DNA of 62,923 nucleotides, counting the filler, from Octopus bimaculoides (Eukaryota), in assembly GCF_001194135.2 (NCBI RefSeq). It is 4 parts of 4 records of this genome, joined end to end, with 100 filler letters (N's around TTAATTAATTAA, not from the genome) between each part and the next. Parts side by side here need not be neighbours in the genome. Positions count along the whole stretch, not along the records: positions 1 to 25,254 come from NC_068996.1; 3 more parts are not named here. One strand, given 5' to 3'. The notes beneath the pieces were generated by a model. The model searched no databases and was not told where the DNA came from. It worked only from the letters and a program-made list of their open reading frames with translations. Made by a program: the position numbers and the translations under genes. Below, one piece after another: positions 11,775 through 23,687 of the stretch (the stretch's first letter is position 1; each line of letters opens with the position of its first letter).

Positions 11775-12874
11775 TACAAAGAAAAATGCGGGCGCTTGCA
11801 TGTTAATATTCTTAAGTTATTACACCTGGAAAAATACAGAACAAGATTTCTACGGTAGAATTTGCCGAATTCGTCACCTCTAAAGGAAACGAAAAAGTAC
11901 TTAAAATTAAAATTCTACAGTACTTAGAATATTGCAATCAAAATACATTATATTAGGTAAATTTGAAATAATTTATTTTATTTATTATGAGAATCTAAAA
12001 AAAAGAAGTAAATGCTTAAAAACATAGTACAAAAATAATCAAAAATAAATTTAAACAAAGAATTTTTAAAATCATGTCTTTTGAAATATACAATTAAAAA
12101 AGTCGTTTTATTTAGTTGTATCAAGTACAAACAATAAAATATGAAGTTGTAAATAATATTGCACAAGAATATTTTTCACTTGCATTGAAATCCCATTACA
12201 AAAACAAACCAAAATATTGAATGCAGTAGAATGGTAATTAAACGCTTTCAAATCAACCATATTCTCAGTCAATTCTTCCACATTAAAAATAAAAGTAATC
12301 TGACAAGTAAATCATAAGTAAAATTTATTAATTAGCATTAATACAGTAGAATTAGCCTAACTCGTCTTTGGCTAATTTGTTACTTCACCTAATTCGTCAC
12401 TTTCAATTTTCTCCTAGGGATGACTAATTATGCGAATTTTACTATATTTTTTAAAAAATTAATTTTATTTTATTTCATTCTAAAAATACTGTTTTTCCAA
12501 AAATAAACCCATGGGCTCAAATACAGACTTAGATAATTTTGCTTAAATAATTTTTTTCTGAAAAGAAAAAATTAAATTACTGGGGTTATACACGAAAAAA
12601 GTTTCTGAATATAAGCCCATAGGCTTAAAATCGAATGGGCATTTTTTGGAAAAACCCAGTAATGTTTTTATAATTTTTGATTTAATAAAATATAGTAAAT
12701 TTTTAAAATGTTATTCTCGGCCGCAATATTTTAAGTACAGTAGAATTTTAATTTTAAGTACTTTTTACTTTCCTTTAGAGGTGCCGAATTCTACTGTAGA
12801 AATCTTGTTCTGTACTGTTCCAGGTGTAATAACTTAAGAATATTAAAAAGCGTGCGCCCACATTTTTCATTGTG
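11775..12874. mobile_element. Non-autonomous DNA transposon with about 160-bp imperfect TIRs
   Basis: 11775-11937 is the near reverse complement of 12722-12874; the right end reads 5'-CACAATG on the minus strand; no coding capacity. Confidence 0.85.
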
Positions 12875-14005
12875 AAGTATGTATGTATGTATGTATGTAT
12901 GTATGTATGTATTATGTAAGTGTGTATATGTATGCATGCGTGTATGTATGTATTTCTACCTGTTTTCTTAAACCGTAATTCCGTCCCTTATTTGTTGGCA
13001 GTTATTTTTCTACTTACACGTTTATGTTGCCTATCTTGCCCACCTTGTCTTTTTCTACCTTGCTACCTGCCTTACCTGGCTAGAAAATTATTCTCACACC
13101 TTGACAGACAATTTTACCTTTTATCGCACCTGCCTTAATATTCTATTACGGGGATGGGGAAAACCCCGCGAGCCCATTTTATTGCGCCCTCTGGCTAATA
13201 TTCTGGTATGTACAAAATAAAATAAATTTTTCAATTATAAAATTTATACAATGTCTATTTACGACCTAAAACGGTCAGACTCGAGCAGAAATCGTCCGAT
13301 AATTGCCATTTAAATGGAAATTATGTTTTCACTATAAAACACGTATTACTAGGTTAGTACCACCTCCTTGAGACCCAACTACTCTTTAGCTGAGAAAACT
13401 AAAAGTATATTGTATGTATCGAAATAATTTTTATATAAAACGAAAGCTGGAGGATTATAGAAAATACTGTGTAAAAATTATTCATATACAAGAATCCCAA
13501 ATATTAAAATTTCCCCACCCCCTATTTCATTTTTTACTTTTTTATGAAAAAAATCCCTGAAATCGACACCCACCTTCTTTCTGTCAATCAATAAGCAAAA
13601 CATATTTTAAAATCTATTAAAAATCAAAAACAAATTGGTAAAACTTCATCGAAACAGAAACTACTAATTTGGTGCTTTGTGAAAAGGATTATAAAACAAT
13701 ATTAACAATTTTTTTTCTGAAAAAGCTGTGAAAAACTTTTTTCCAAAAGAGTGTCGCATTTTTGCTATCAGTCCGTGTCAAGAAGGTCAACAGGAGTTAC
13801 TGTCGTCTGCCACAGGATTATCAGTTATCGCCCTTCCCTATTCACTCACTTGTGTGGAGAAGCGAGAGAGAAAAATTGAGTTAAACCTTGCGGAACCAAA
13901 ATTTCTTAATTTTTTGCAGATTTTTATTTTTTTACTATTTTTACAACACTAAACGCATGCATTATGACTACGAGCCAGTTGGCTTTTGTTTTCCCCAGGC
14001 AGTGG

Positions 14006-14323
14006 GGTAGATTTTCAAATTAACACCCGCACGATTTTCACTAGGGTGTTAGGGTTAGGGTTTTAGGGTCAGGGTTAGGGTTTTAGGGTTAGGGTTAGGG
14101 TTACGGTTTAGGGTTACGGTTACGGTTAGGGCTTGAGGGTTAGGGTTAGGGTTTTAGGGTTAGGGTTAGGCAATTCCGTCCCTAACCCTAACCCTAACCC
14201 TAACCTTAAACCGTAACTCTACCCCTAACCCTAAAACTAGCCCTAAAACCCTAATCCTGACCCTAAAACCCTAACCCTAACACCCTAGTTAAAATCGTGC
14301 CGGTGTTAATCTGAAAATTTACC
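14006..14323. mobile_element. Foldback MITE with telomeric-repeat arms and 8-bp TSD
   Basis: GGTAGATTTTC...GAAAATTTACC termini; GGCAGTGG duplicated at 13998-14005 and 14324-14331; interior (TTAGGG)n facing (CCCTAA)n. Confidence 0.9.
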
Positions 14324-14382
14324 GGCAGTGGTAATAACAAAAATTCCGAAAGTGATAATGTAAATTTAACCGGCTTATAACT

Positions 14383-15086
14383 TTGTTGACTTTGTTAAAT
14401 CAATTTTTCAATACTCTTATCAATATGGCAAGCGGTTATAAAAATCCTAAAAAAAGAAGTGCTGGTGAACGTGCTTTGTTTGATGAAAAATGGACAGAGC
14501 TTTGTTTTATAATTGAAATAGATAACAAGTGCATTTGTCTTATTTGCAACGAACAAGTACACATTCATAAAGAATATAATATTGAGAAGTATTTTGTGAG
14601 TAAGCATAAAACCTATGGAAATTTAAAAGAATTTGAACGTTTAAACAAGATAGCCTCTTTGAAAGAAAAACATAACGATGATGAATTCGTGAAAGAATGC
14701 ATCCTTACTGCTGTTGAGAATATATACTCAGGAAAATTTAATTTGTTTGGAAATGTTAGCTTATCAAGAACTGTTTCTGTTTGTATTAAAGATATTGCTG
14801 ACGACATTCAAAATTCTCTAAAACCTGAACCAGCAGAATTTGTATTGTATTCATTAGCTGTTGATGAGACAACTGATCTGTGTAATACTGCTCACATGGC
14901 AATATTTATACGTGGAATAACTGCAATATTCAACATTCGGGACGAATTTCTTGCCTTGAAATCAATGCGTGGAACAACTGGAGGTGAAGATTTACACAGA
15001 TATAAGAGTTAGGACTTGTGAACCGCTCGAGAACCTTTTTCTTTGAAAGTTTTTGCCCGCCGCACTAAAAAGTTTCCCCACCCCTG
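14383..15086 (+). mobile_element. hAT (Charlie/SPIN-like) transposase remnant, internally deleted, with right TIR
   Basis: FDEKWTELCFIIEIDNKCICLICNE...HKEYNIEKYFVSKH (BED-like) and YSLAVDETTDLCNTAHMAIFIRG (catalytic D region); ends in CCCCTG at 15081-15086 (CAGGGG-type hAT terminus). Confidence 0.9.
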
Positions 15087-15442
15087 TTCTAACATTAGTC
15101 AAGGATGTGTGTGTGTGTATGTGTTATGTTACCTTTACCGACTCGATCAGTTTAGTGAGTATAGATAATGTTATAATAGACACTGCAAGTTTTGTTAATT
15201 ACAGCCGCTTAGGTTTGCGTGGCTGAAACATTTATTTCACCATTTTCAGGGTGAACCACCGCAAATTTCTTTATTTACGTTTTTTTTTTTTTCTTTCAAC
15301 GTTGTCTATTGTAACGGTGGTTATCTCCCATGTGCCTTTCTTTCCGTCTTCTTCCTTATGAACGTTGTTTGGTCTTAGCGTCATCTGCTTTAGAGCAATT
15401 GTCAAACCGTAATTAATATGACTTGTGGTTTATATATATATA

Positions 15443-15817
15443 TTGTGTCACTCCGTCGGTTACGATGACGAGGGTTCCAGTTGGTCCGATCAACGGAAGA
15501 GCCTCCTCGTGAAATTAACGTGGCTGAGCACTCCACAGACACGTGTACCCTTAACATAGTTCTCGGGGATATTCAGCGTGACACAGTGTGACAAGGCTGA
15601 CCCTTTGAAATACAGGTACAATAGAAACAGGAAGAAAGAGTGAGAGAAAGTTGTGGTGAAAGAGTACAGCAGGGTTCGCCACCATCCCCTGCCGGAGCCT
15701 CGTGGAGCTTTAGGTGTTTTCGCTCAATAAACACTCACAATGCCAGGTCTGGGAATCGAAACCGCGATCCTACGACCGCGAGTCCGCTGCCCTAACCAAT
15801 GGACCATTGCACCTCCA
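15443..15817 (-). mobile_element. tRNA-derived SINE, family C
   Basis: Minus-strand head TGGAGGTGCAATGGTCCATTGGTTAGG...GGTTTCGATTCCC with A/B boxes; highly similar to 38360-38742. Confidence 0.9.
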
Positions 15818-15929
15818 TACAAACACGCACACACACACANNNNNNNNNNNNNNNNNNNNNNNNNNNNNNNNNNNNNNNNNNNNNNNNNNNNNNNNNNNNN
15901 NNNNNNNNNNNNNNNNNNNNNNNNNNNNN

Positions 15930-17162
15930 AAATAATGCGGTTTTTAATACTTCTTTTACTTTTCATAATTAAGATAAAGTTATTTTTAAATTTAAAAGAT
16001 ACTCTCCTTCGTTTTCTACAATGCTCTTCCATTTATCTGATAGACTTGCAAGGCCCCTCTTCCAGGATTCACTTGTCCGTGACGAAAAATACTCCTCCAA
16101 TACTGTTCTGACCCCGTCTACAGGATTCATATCTTTTTCGTTCAAATGGTTTTGAAGACTGCAGAATAAATGATAATCAAATGGAGCAATGTCCGGCGAA
16201 TATGGTAGATGAGGCATCGTTTCCCATTCATACTGCTCTAACCTTTGGAATGTCATCCTCACTGTATGTGGCTGAGTATTATCCTGATGGAAAAACACCT
16301 TTCGTCTTGAAACCAAAGATGGTCATTTTATTTCTAGCGCTGACTTAAGCCGCTCAAGCTGCTCGCAGTAGATCTCTGTTATCGTTTGGTTTGGGTTTAA
16401 AAGTGGACTAAGCCTGTCATATCTCACTAAACAGATAACAACACCTTACGTGGGTGAAGATCTTTAGTCTGGGGTGCCGGTGTTTTTCCTTTCCCTACCC
16501 ACTGTCTTCGGCTCTTTGACATTTTTATAGAGAACCCATTTCTCGCCACCGGTCACTATTCGGTCCAAAAAAAAGGCTCATTCGTGAGACATGACAGCCA
16601 AGAAGCGCACACATTCACTGTCTGTGCGCGATTAGACTTGGAAAGTTTGTGAGGAACCCATTGATCGAATGTGCTGACTCTTCCGATGGCACGCAGGTGT
16701 CGATGAATGATTGAATGACCAAATCCAAGCTTCTCTGCTATTTCATCGACATGGAATTTTGTCCCACTAGGATTTGCAGGACATCTTCGTCGAGCTCTAC
16801 AGATCTTCCAAGACGAGGTTTGTCTTCTAGGCTGTAGTTTCTGGAACCACCGTTGACACTGGCTTACACTTATTATCCGATTCCCATATACTGCATTAAT
16901 ATTCCTCGCATCTTGCATTGTGTTGTTGCTTTTATTGAACTCATAAAGAAAAATATGACGAATATGCTCTTTTGTCACTTCCATTATAGCTTTGAAAAAA
17001 TAACTGTTAAAATCAAACTGCACTCTTCAAAATTTGCACTAAGAATAAGGACAAGGTAAAATTACTACCTTGCTTTTATAGCAAGTTGATGCAGGTAGTA
17101 TATCCTCCGAGTTTTAGTTCATGCAATTGAAAGAACCGTATTATTTATGGGATGACCCAATA
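15930..17162 (-). mobile_element. Mariner transposon, near full length, pseudogenised
   Basis: HTH region MEVTKEHIRHIFLYEF...QCQRWFQK, WVPHKL, and HQDNTQPH...PYSPDIAPFDYHLF (DD34D type); TIR TTGGGTCATCCCATAAATAAT plus TA at 17140-17162, whose partner continues out of the gap at 15930. Confidence 0.95.
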
Positions 17163-18361
17163 TATATGTATTAATATTTCGCTTAGGTGTAGAACTCAAA
17201 ATACTTATGCTTCAGAACAAAGAGTTAGACGAATGTAGAGCGGTAATAAGAGAATGAGATGAAAAAGGAACAAACGATTATCTTATGAACTTCATTAACT
17301 TACAGCTGTTTCTGTTATAAGATGCAATGCACTCATAGTTGAGGGGCTTATTCGATTACATCGATTCTAGTGTTCAGCTGGAATTTATTTTATCGACCCC
17401 GAAAGGATGTGTAGTGAGTCAGAAAGGCTATTTGTGTTGCCGAATCATGGTACAGTTGTGCTGTGGCATACTCCAGCCAATCAGAGCTGGATGCGTAGGA
17501 AATACAAACGGCAGTTATCTGCCCTAGCAGAGAAGCGGGGATTTTAAGCAGTTGGCGTAAAGACGGCGCAGCAGCAACATTTCTTCTTTCAACGTGAAAT
17601 AGTTTTTGTTTGTTCACCACCAACTGCGTGCAGCTCACTTGGAGTTATATCGGCTCTCGACTTGTCACCTCCTGAACAACCTAGTTCATTTATGCTAACT
17701 TTACTCCTCGAAAGTCTGGATAACATCAGCCGCAACTATGCATCATAATGAACTGTATATCTTCTCTAAATCTAGCTTCGTTCCTGTTGGTTTACAACGG
17801 ATTCCAACAGAATCATTTTATGCAAAAGTTAAGTTATAATGCTTTACCTGACTCACATACACATACGGGCTACACATCTTGCTACTTGTCAGCTCTCCTA
17901 TTTTAATAAAATTACAATGTTTTGTTTAAAAACTGCCTTGTGATATTCATTTACACATGCTTCTCAAAAGCGCATTTAATGGACTTTGTCACGAATACTT
18001 TCATACTTTAAATTAGCGACCACTCTCTCTAAAGATTAAAGGCAAAGTTAACTTCGGCTGCATTTAAATTCGAACGTAAAGAGCCGAAAGAAAATGCCTC
18101 TTTGCATTTGGTCCGATGTGGTACCGACTCTAATGAATTTGGTAACTGGTTTGCTTGATCAACTGGATGGTTATACATACATAAATACATGCATACATAC
18201 CACATACACACATAGATACATACATACATACATATACACACAAATGCATACATACATATATACATACATACACACACATACATACATACATACATACATA
18301 CATACACACAAACACACATACATACACACATACATACATACATACATGCATGCATACATAC

Positions 18362-18600
18362 ACCTAAGCTGCTTTCTCATATACGAGCAAAGTCATTGCT
18401 AAAAAGAATCACTAAAATGAGTCATTGATGATGCAATGTGAGGTCCTTATATGAGTATTGATCCCTGTCAAAGATTTGCACATTCTATTGCATCATGCAC
18501 TGCTGTGCTGGCTAGCAGAAGGAACAGGTGCCACAGTACGAACTCTTTTGATATACCTTTTCAATCCGCCAGCTGAGGGGCACCACCTTTCCACATGTTC
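18362..18600 (-). mobile_element. RTE/BovB-like LINE 3' end (older copy)
   Basis: SAGGLKRYIKRV...CNRMCKSLTGINTHIRTSH is homologous to 9688-9857; followed by a (TATG)n tail at about 18170-18361. Confidence 0.7.
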
Positions 18601-19049
18601 TGTTGTGAACAATAGCTATTTCACAATTTACGTACATATATACGTTTGTATGTATATATGTGTGGATACACATACATACAGATATATATTTTTCACCTCC
18701 TCCTCCTCCCTATCTAAATCACCGTTTTATTTTTATAGGTGGCGCAGTGTTGTTAGTGGAGCTGTGATGTTGTAGGTCTCTGCATCTGATCTGTGTGCAA
18801 TGAACTGTATCACACCATAGCATACAGACTTGCAGACTGGTGGACTGTGCTGTTGATGTTCAAATGTTTTATTCATGGACACAAACCCATACCTACTGCT
18901 CAGTGGACGTGTGTATTTAGGGTTCAGAATCTTGACCACAAACACAGAAAAGCAAATCATACGAAATATGGTACGTATGGTATTATGTATGAAACGTTAA
19001 AAATTTATATAAAACTACGTTGAAAGCATACGTATAAGCTGGAGTTTTA

Positions 19050-19745
19050 CGTGTTTTATATGGAAGGTGAACGCTGCAAGCCAGCTACTCTAGGGAAGAA
19101 GTATGATCCGGTATAAAAGGGGACTTGGAAGTCTGTCTTGGCCGAGATGGTAAATATCACCTCCAGCTTTTTTACCGCCAACGAACCCGAATTCATCGTA
19201 GGCTGCACGGAGAGAAAAGTAATAAAGATGGTAGAGATGGTAGTTTCCTGGGAAATAAATATCAAATACGCTTTTCTCACGAAAGACAGAAAATACAGTG
19301 AGTTGGTTGAAGTCAGTGGAGACAATGGATGGGAAACAATATGACATCCAGTAGAGATAGATGCTAGAGGATATTTATTGGAATCAGGACACTCAAAAGT
19401 CTTAGACTAGCTGTGAAAGAGTGAAAAGATGCTGCCAGAAAATTGTCGGAAGCCGCTGAGAAAGCAAGCCATTTACATCTAGCTCAAGGGAGAGGACGCA
19501 TGACGCAGCAAGAACGAGCTTCGAGAATAGTATAAACGTCTGGCCTAGAGTCACGACATGACTCAACACAGCTCGTGCCATTATGTAGAAGGTTTGTAGT
19601 TTACATCAGTGAGTGGCCCCGGGAAGCTCTGGTGTCACCGTGGAAGGAGTCGAAACATTTACAGAACTGCTTCACCGCCGATAAGACATCGACTCCTGCA
19701 CTCGGAGTCGGAATATAGCAGCAACCTTAGCACGTGAGTGTTTAC
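19050..19745 (+). mobile_element. HERO/NeSL-like non-LTR retrotransposon, RLE domain and 3'UTR
   Basis: EPEFIVG..RKVIKMVEMVVSWEINIKYAFLTKDRKYSELVEVSGDNGWET*HPVEIDARGY matches the PD..VELTVPWE..K..KY.EL..GW..PVEVG.RG pattern. Confidence 0.8.
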
Positions 19746-21361
19746 TCCAAGCTAATGAAGAATTGTGAACGATGTGAAGAGGAACGGGAACAGGGGAAGT
19801 CATAGAAGAAAAAAAAGATATACAAAGAGAAGTATAAAAGGAAAACGTTAGAGAAATGCATGTGTATGGTGTCAATTCTGCTGCTCCATATCTAAAAATG
19901 CCATTACGTTTATAAGCGGAATACTTTATAATAGAAACGTGATTCAAACATTGCTGTTTGAATTTATTTTTGTGCAAGAAAGAGAAGGAAGAACTCCTCT
20001 CGTATTTAGGATATTAGTTGATAGAATCAGTATTTTCAGTTTTTTAGTTGCACACAAGTTGTATTTTCTGCCACTATCAATGTATTTTTTCACCATTGTG
20101 ACTGCACTCCACTTGATTATGAAAAGATTTCTATCTCTCATCTAAAAAAATTGCCAAATGTACTTTGACGGTGAAGTAGAGTTGTGATTACTTCTGTGTC
20201 TGAATGCATGGATATATTATGTGAATCAGACCTTGAACGAATTTTCAGTTAGCTCCAGATCATTTGAATCCTATGTTGTCTAGGCAGTTGTAAATAATCT
20301 TGATCGCAATATTATTGAATATTGTGCTGCTTAAAAAAAAAAGAGTTTATATTTTTAATGATATAATTCTGGGTACTATCCGACTGGGTTCTATCCAACG
20401 GTGTCTAAATTGTAGCCTCAAGCTGACTAATATGAGAGTGTAATGAAAAACTATATATACCTACGTACATGCATATATATACACACATATATATACATAC
20501 ATACATATATATTATATATATATGTATATGTATATATATATGTGTGTGTGTGTGTGTGTATGTATATATATAATACAAATAATAAATGAGTATACGCATA
20601 TATACGTATATGTATGTACATACATACATCGTGTATGTGTATACACCTGTTTGTTTATATACTTGTCTTCGTCTTGTTTTTCTGTAAATTTCAACTATAT
20701 ATATATATATATATATATATNNNNNNNNNNNNNNNNNNNNNNNNNNNNNNNNNNNNNNNNNNNNNNNNNNNNNNNNNNNNNNNNNNNNNNNNNNNNNNNN
20801 NNNNNNNNNNNNNNNNNNNNNNNNNNNNNNNNNNNNNNNNNNNNNNNNNNNNNNNNNNNNNNNNNNNNNNNNNNNNNNNNNNNNNNNNNNNNNNNNNNNN
20901 NNNNNNNNNNNNNNNNNNNNNNNNNNNNNNNNNNNNNNNNNNNNNNNNNNNNNNNNNNNNNNNNNNNNNNNNNNNNNNNNNNNNNNNNNNNNNNNNNNNN
21001 NNNNNNNNNNNNNNNNNNNNNNNNNNNNNNNNNNNNNNNNNNNNNNNNNNNNNNNNNNNNNNNNNNNNNNNNNNNNNNNNNNNNNNNNNNNNNNNNNNNN
21101 NNNNNNNNNNNNNNNNNNNNNNNNNNNNNNNNNNNNNNNNNNNNNNNNNNNNNNNNNNNNNNNNNNNNNNNNNNNNNNNNNNNNNNNNNNNNNNNNNNNN
21201 NNNNNNNNNNNNNNNNNNNNNTATATATACGCAATTTACAATGTGACATGTAAAGATATGTATTATTATACCTGTACAAGTTCCGTTTCCTACAATAACC
21301 GGGGAAATCTTTAATGAACACCTCTCGTACAAACACACACACACATGTGTGTCTATGTATG

Positions 21362-22137
21362 TATGAGGGCTATTCATTAAAGATTTCCCCTAGCCCACTT
21401 CCCGTTATTGCAGGAAACGGAACTTGTACAGGTATAATCATTTGTCTTTTACGGCTGCTGAAGTAGACTAAGGTGTTATATTGGAGGCAGTTGAATATAG
21501 ATCAGTGATTAGGTTCTTATACTTGAAAGGTCGTACACCAACAGAGATTTTCGATGAGATGAAAGAAATTTATGGTGACGATGCACCACCATACGATGTA
21601 GTCAAGCGCTAGCATCGCTAGTTCAGATGTGGTCGGACATCGGTGGAAACTGCTCCCATTCCTGGACGACCACATTCCGCCATTGATGACGACACCATCC
21701 ATAAAGTGGAAGCTGCCATTTTGGAGGATCGCTGCATAACTGTTCGGCAACTAGCCCAAGAAGTGAAGAAACGTGTAGAGTCATGGAAAAAATCATTCAC
21801 GACGATTTACACACGCAGAAGTTGTCTGCACGATGGATTCCTCGGATGCTCACATCTTTTTAGAAGTAGAAACGAGTCAGTTGCTCCCAGGCAATTAGAT
21901 TTTTGCGGTGGACTTATCACAAAGGAGGACCCATGGGTCGGTCACTATGATATTGAGACTAAAGTTCAGTCGAAGCAATAGAAGCGTGATAACTCACCAC
22001 CTCCAAAGAAGGCTCGTGTCCAACCCTCAGCAGGCAAGGTGATGCTCACCTTTTGGGACCAGCGCGGAATAGTGATGATTGATTTTCTGGCAAAGGGCAC
22101 TACAGTTGATAGGGCATATCATGCTTCTCTGCTGCAA
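21362..22137 (+). mobile_element. Mariner transposon 5' two-thirds, pseudogenised
   Basis: TA-TGAGGG TIR start; FLYLKGRTPTEIFDEMKEIYG...GRTSVETAPIPGRP...EDRCITVRQLAQE; VMLTFWDQRGIVMIDFL. Confidence 0.9.
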
Positions 22138-22144
22138 ATATATA

Positions 22145-22211
<67 letters not shown>

Positions 22212-23214
22212 NNNNNNNNNNNNNNNNNNNNNNNNNNNNNNNNNNNNNNNNNNNNNNNNNNNNNNNNNNNNNNNNNNNNNNNNNNNNNNNNNNNNNNNNN
22301 NNNNNNNNNNNNNNNNNNNNNNNNNNNNNNNNNNNNNNNNNNNNNNNNNNNNNNNNNNNNNNNNNNNNNNNNNNNNNNNNNNNNNNNNNNNNNNNNNNNN
22401 NNNNNNNNNNNNNNNNNNNNNNNNNNNNNNNNNNNNNNNNNNNNNNNNNNNNNNNNNNNNNNNNNNNNNNNNNNNNNNNNNNNNNNNNNNNNNNNNNNNN
22501 NNNNNNNNNNNNNNNNNNNNNNNNNNNNNNNNNNNNNNNNNNNNNNNNNNNNNNNNNNNNNNNNNNNNNNNNNNNNNNNNNNNNNNNNNNNNNNNNNNNN
22601 NNNNNNNNNNNNNNNNNNNNNNNNNNNNNNNNNNNNNNNNNNNNNNNNNNNNNNNNNNNNNNNNNNNNNNNNNNNNNNNNNNNNNNNNNNNNNNNNNNNN
22701 NNNNNNNNNNNNNNNNNNNNNNNNNNNNNNNNNNNNNNNNNNNNNNNNNNNNNNNNNNNNNNNNNNNNNNNNNNNNNNNNNNNNNNNNNNNNNNNNNNNN
22801 NNNNNNNNNNNNNNNNNNNNNNNNNNNNNNNNNNNNNNNNNNNNNNNNNNNNNNNNNNNNNNNNNNNNNNNNNNNNNNNNNNNNNNNNNNNNNNNNNNNN
22901 NNNNNNNNNNNNNNNNNNNNNNNNNNNNNNNNNNNNNNNNNNNNNNNNNNNNNNNNNNNNNNNNNNNNNNNNNNNNNNNNNNNNNNNNNNNNNNNNNNNN
23001 NNNNNNNNNNNNNNNNNNNNNNNNNNNNNNNNNNNNNNNNNNNNNNNNNNNNNNNNNNNNNNNNNNNNNNNNNNNNNNNNNNNNNNNNNNNNNNNNNNNN
23101 NNNNNNNNNNNNNNNNNNNNNNNNNNNNNNNNNNNNNNNNNNNNNNNNNNNNNNNNNNNNNNNNNNNNNNNNNNNNNNNNNNNNNNNNNNNNNNNTATAT
23201 ATATATATATTTAC

Positions 23215-23615
23215 TGGTTTCAGCCAGAGGGTGGACCACCGCCTTTCAATGTGCTTGGGTTTCTTTTCTGTACTGTTTTTGCTGCAACATGAGATGGGTG
23301 GAGCTACTCTCCTTTGTGCTTCCTGCCATAATGTGGGTTTATCTGGTATTTCAGATAAAAAAATTTGTCCAGACGCTCTTTGAAGATCACCTACACCTCG
23401 TAAATCTCTAAAGTTGTTTGGCTAAATGTCGAACAGTTGTGGACCCTTGAAACTCAAGCTGCTATAGTACTGGGTCCTTATTCTAGATTGAAAAGATGAG
23501 ATCTTTGGTATATGCAGTGCCATCCAGTTTGCAGAGCAGTATAGCTTTCAGTTGAGAGCGAGACCTTTTACAGGATCTTCCATATGTATATCACTGAATA
23601 TGTTTCACAAAAATA
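23215..23615 (-). mobile_element. CR1/L2-group (Crack/Daphne-like) LINE C-terminal remnant
   Basis: Minus-strand peptides YSVIYIWKIL, SLSFKGPQLF and FLSEIPDKP match the post-RT region of these LINEs. Confidence 0.7.
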
Positions 23616-23687
23616 TTCATATATATAGAATAAGAAGAGGCTAGTCAAAGTTCAGAGAGTTCCTACCTCTGTTGGAAAAAAAGAGGC

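Noticed and set aside
14040-14285. Ancestral telomere-telomere chromosome fusion site
   Set aside because: Mirrored variant repeats, outer TIRs and an exact 8-bp TSD indicate a transposon insertion.
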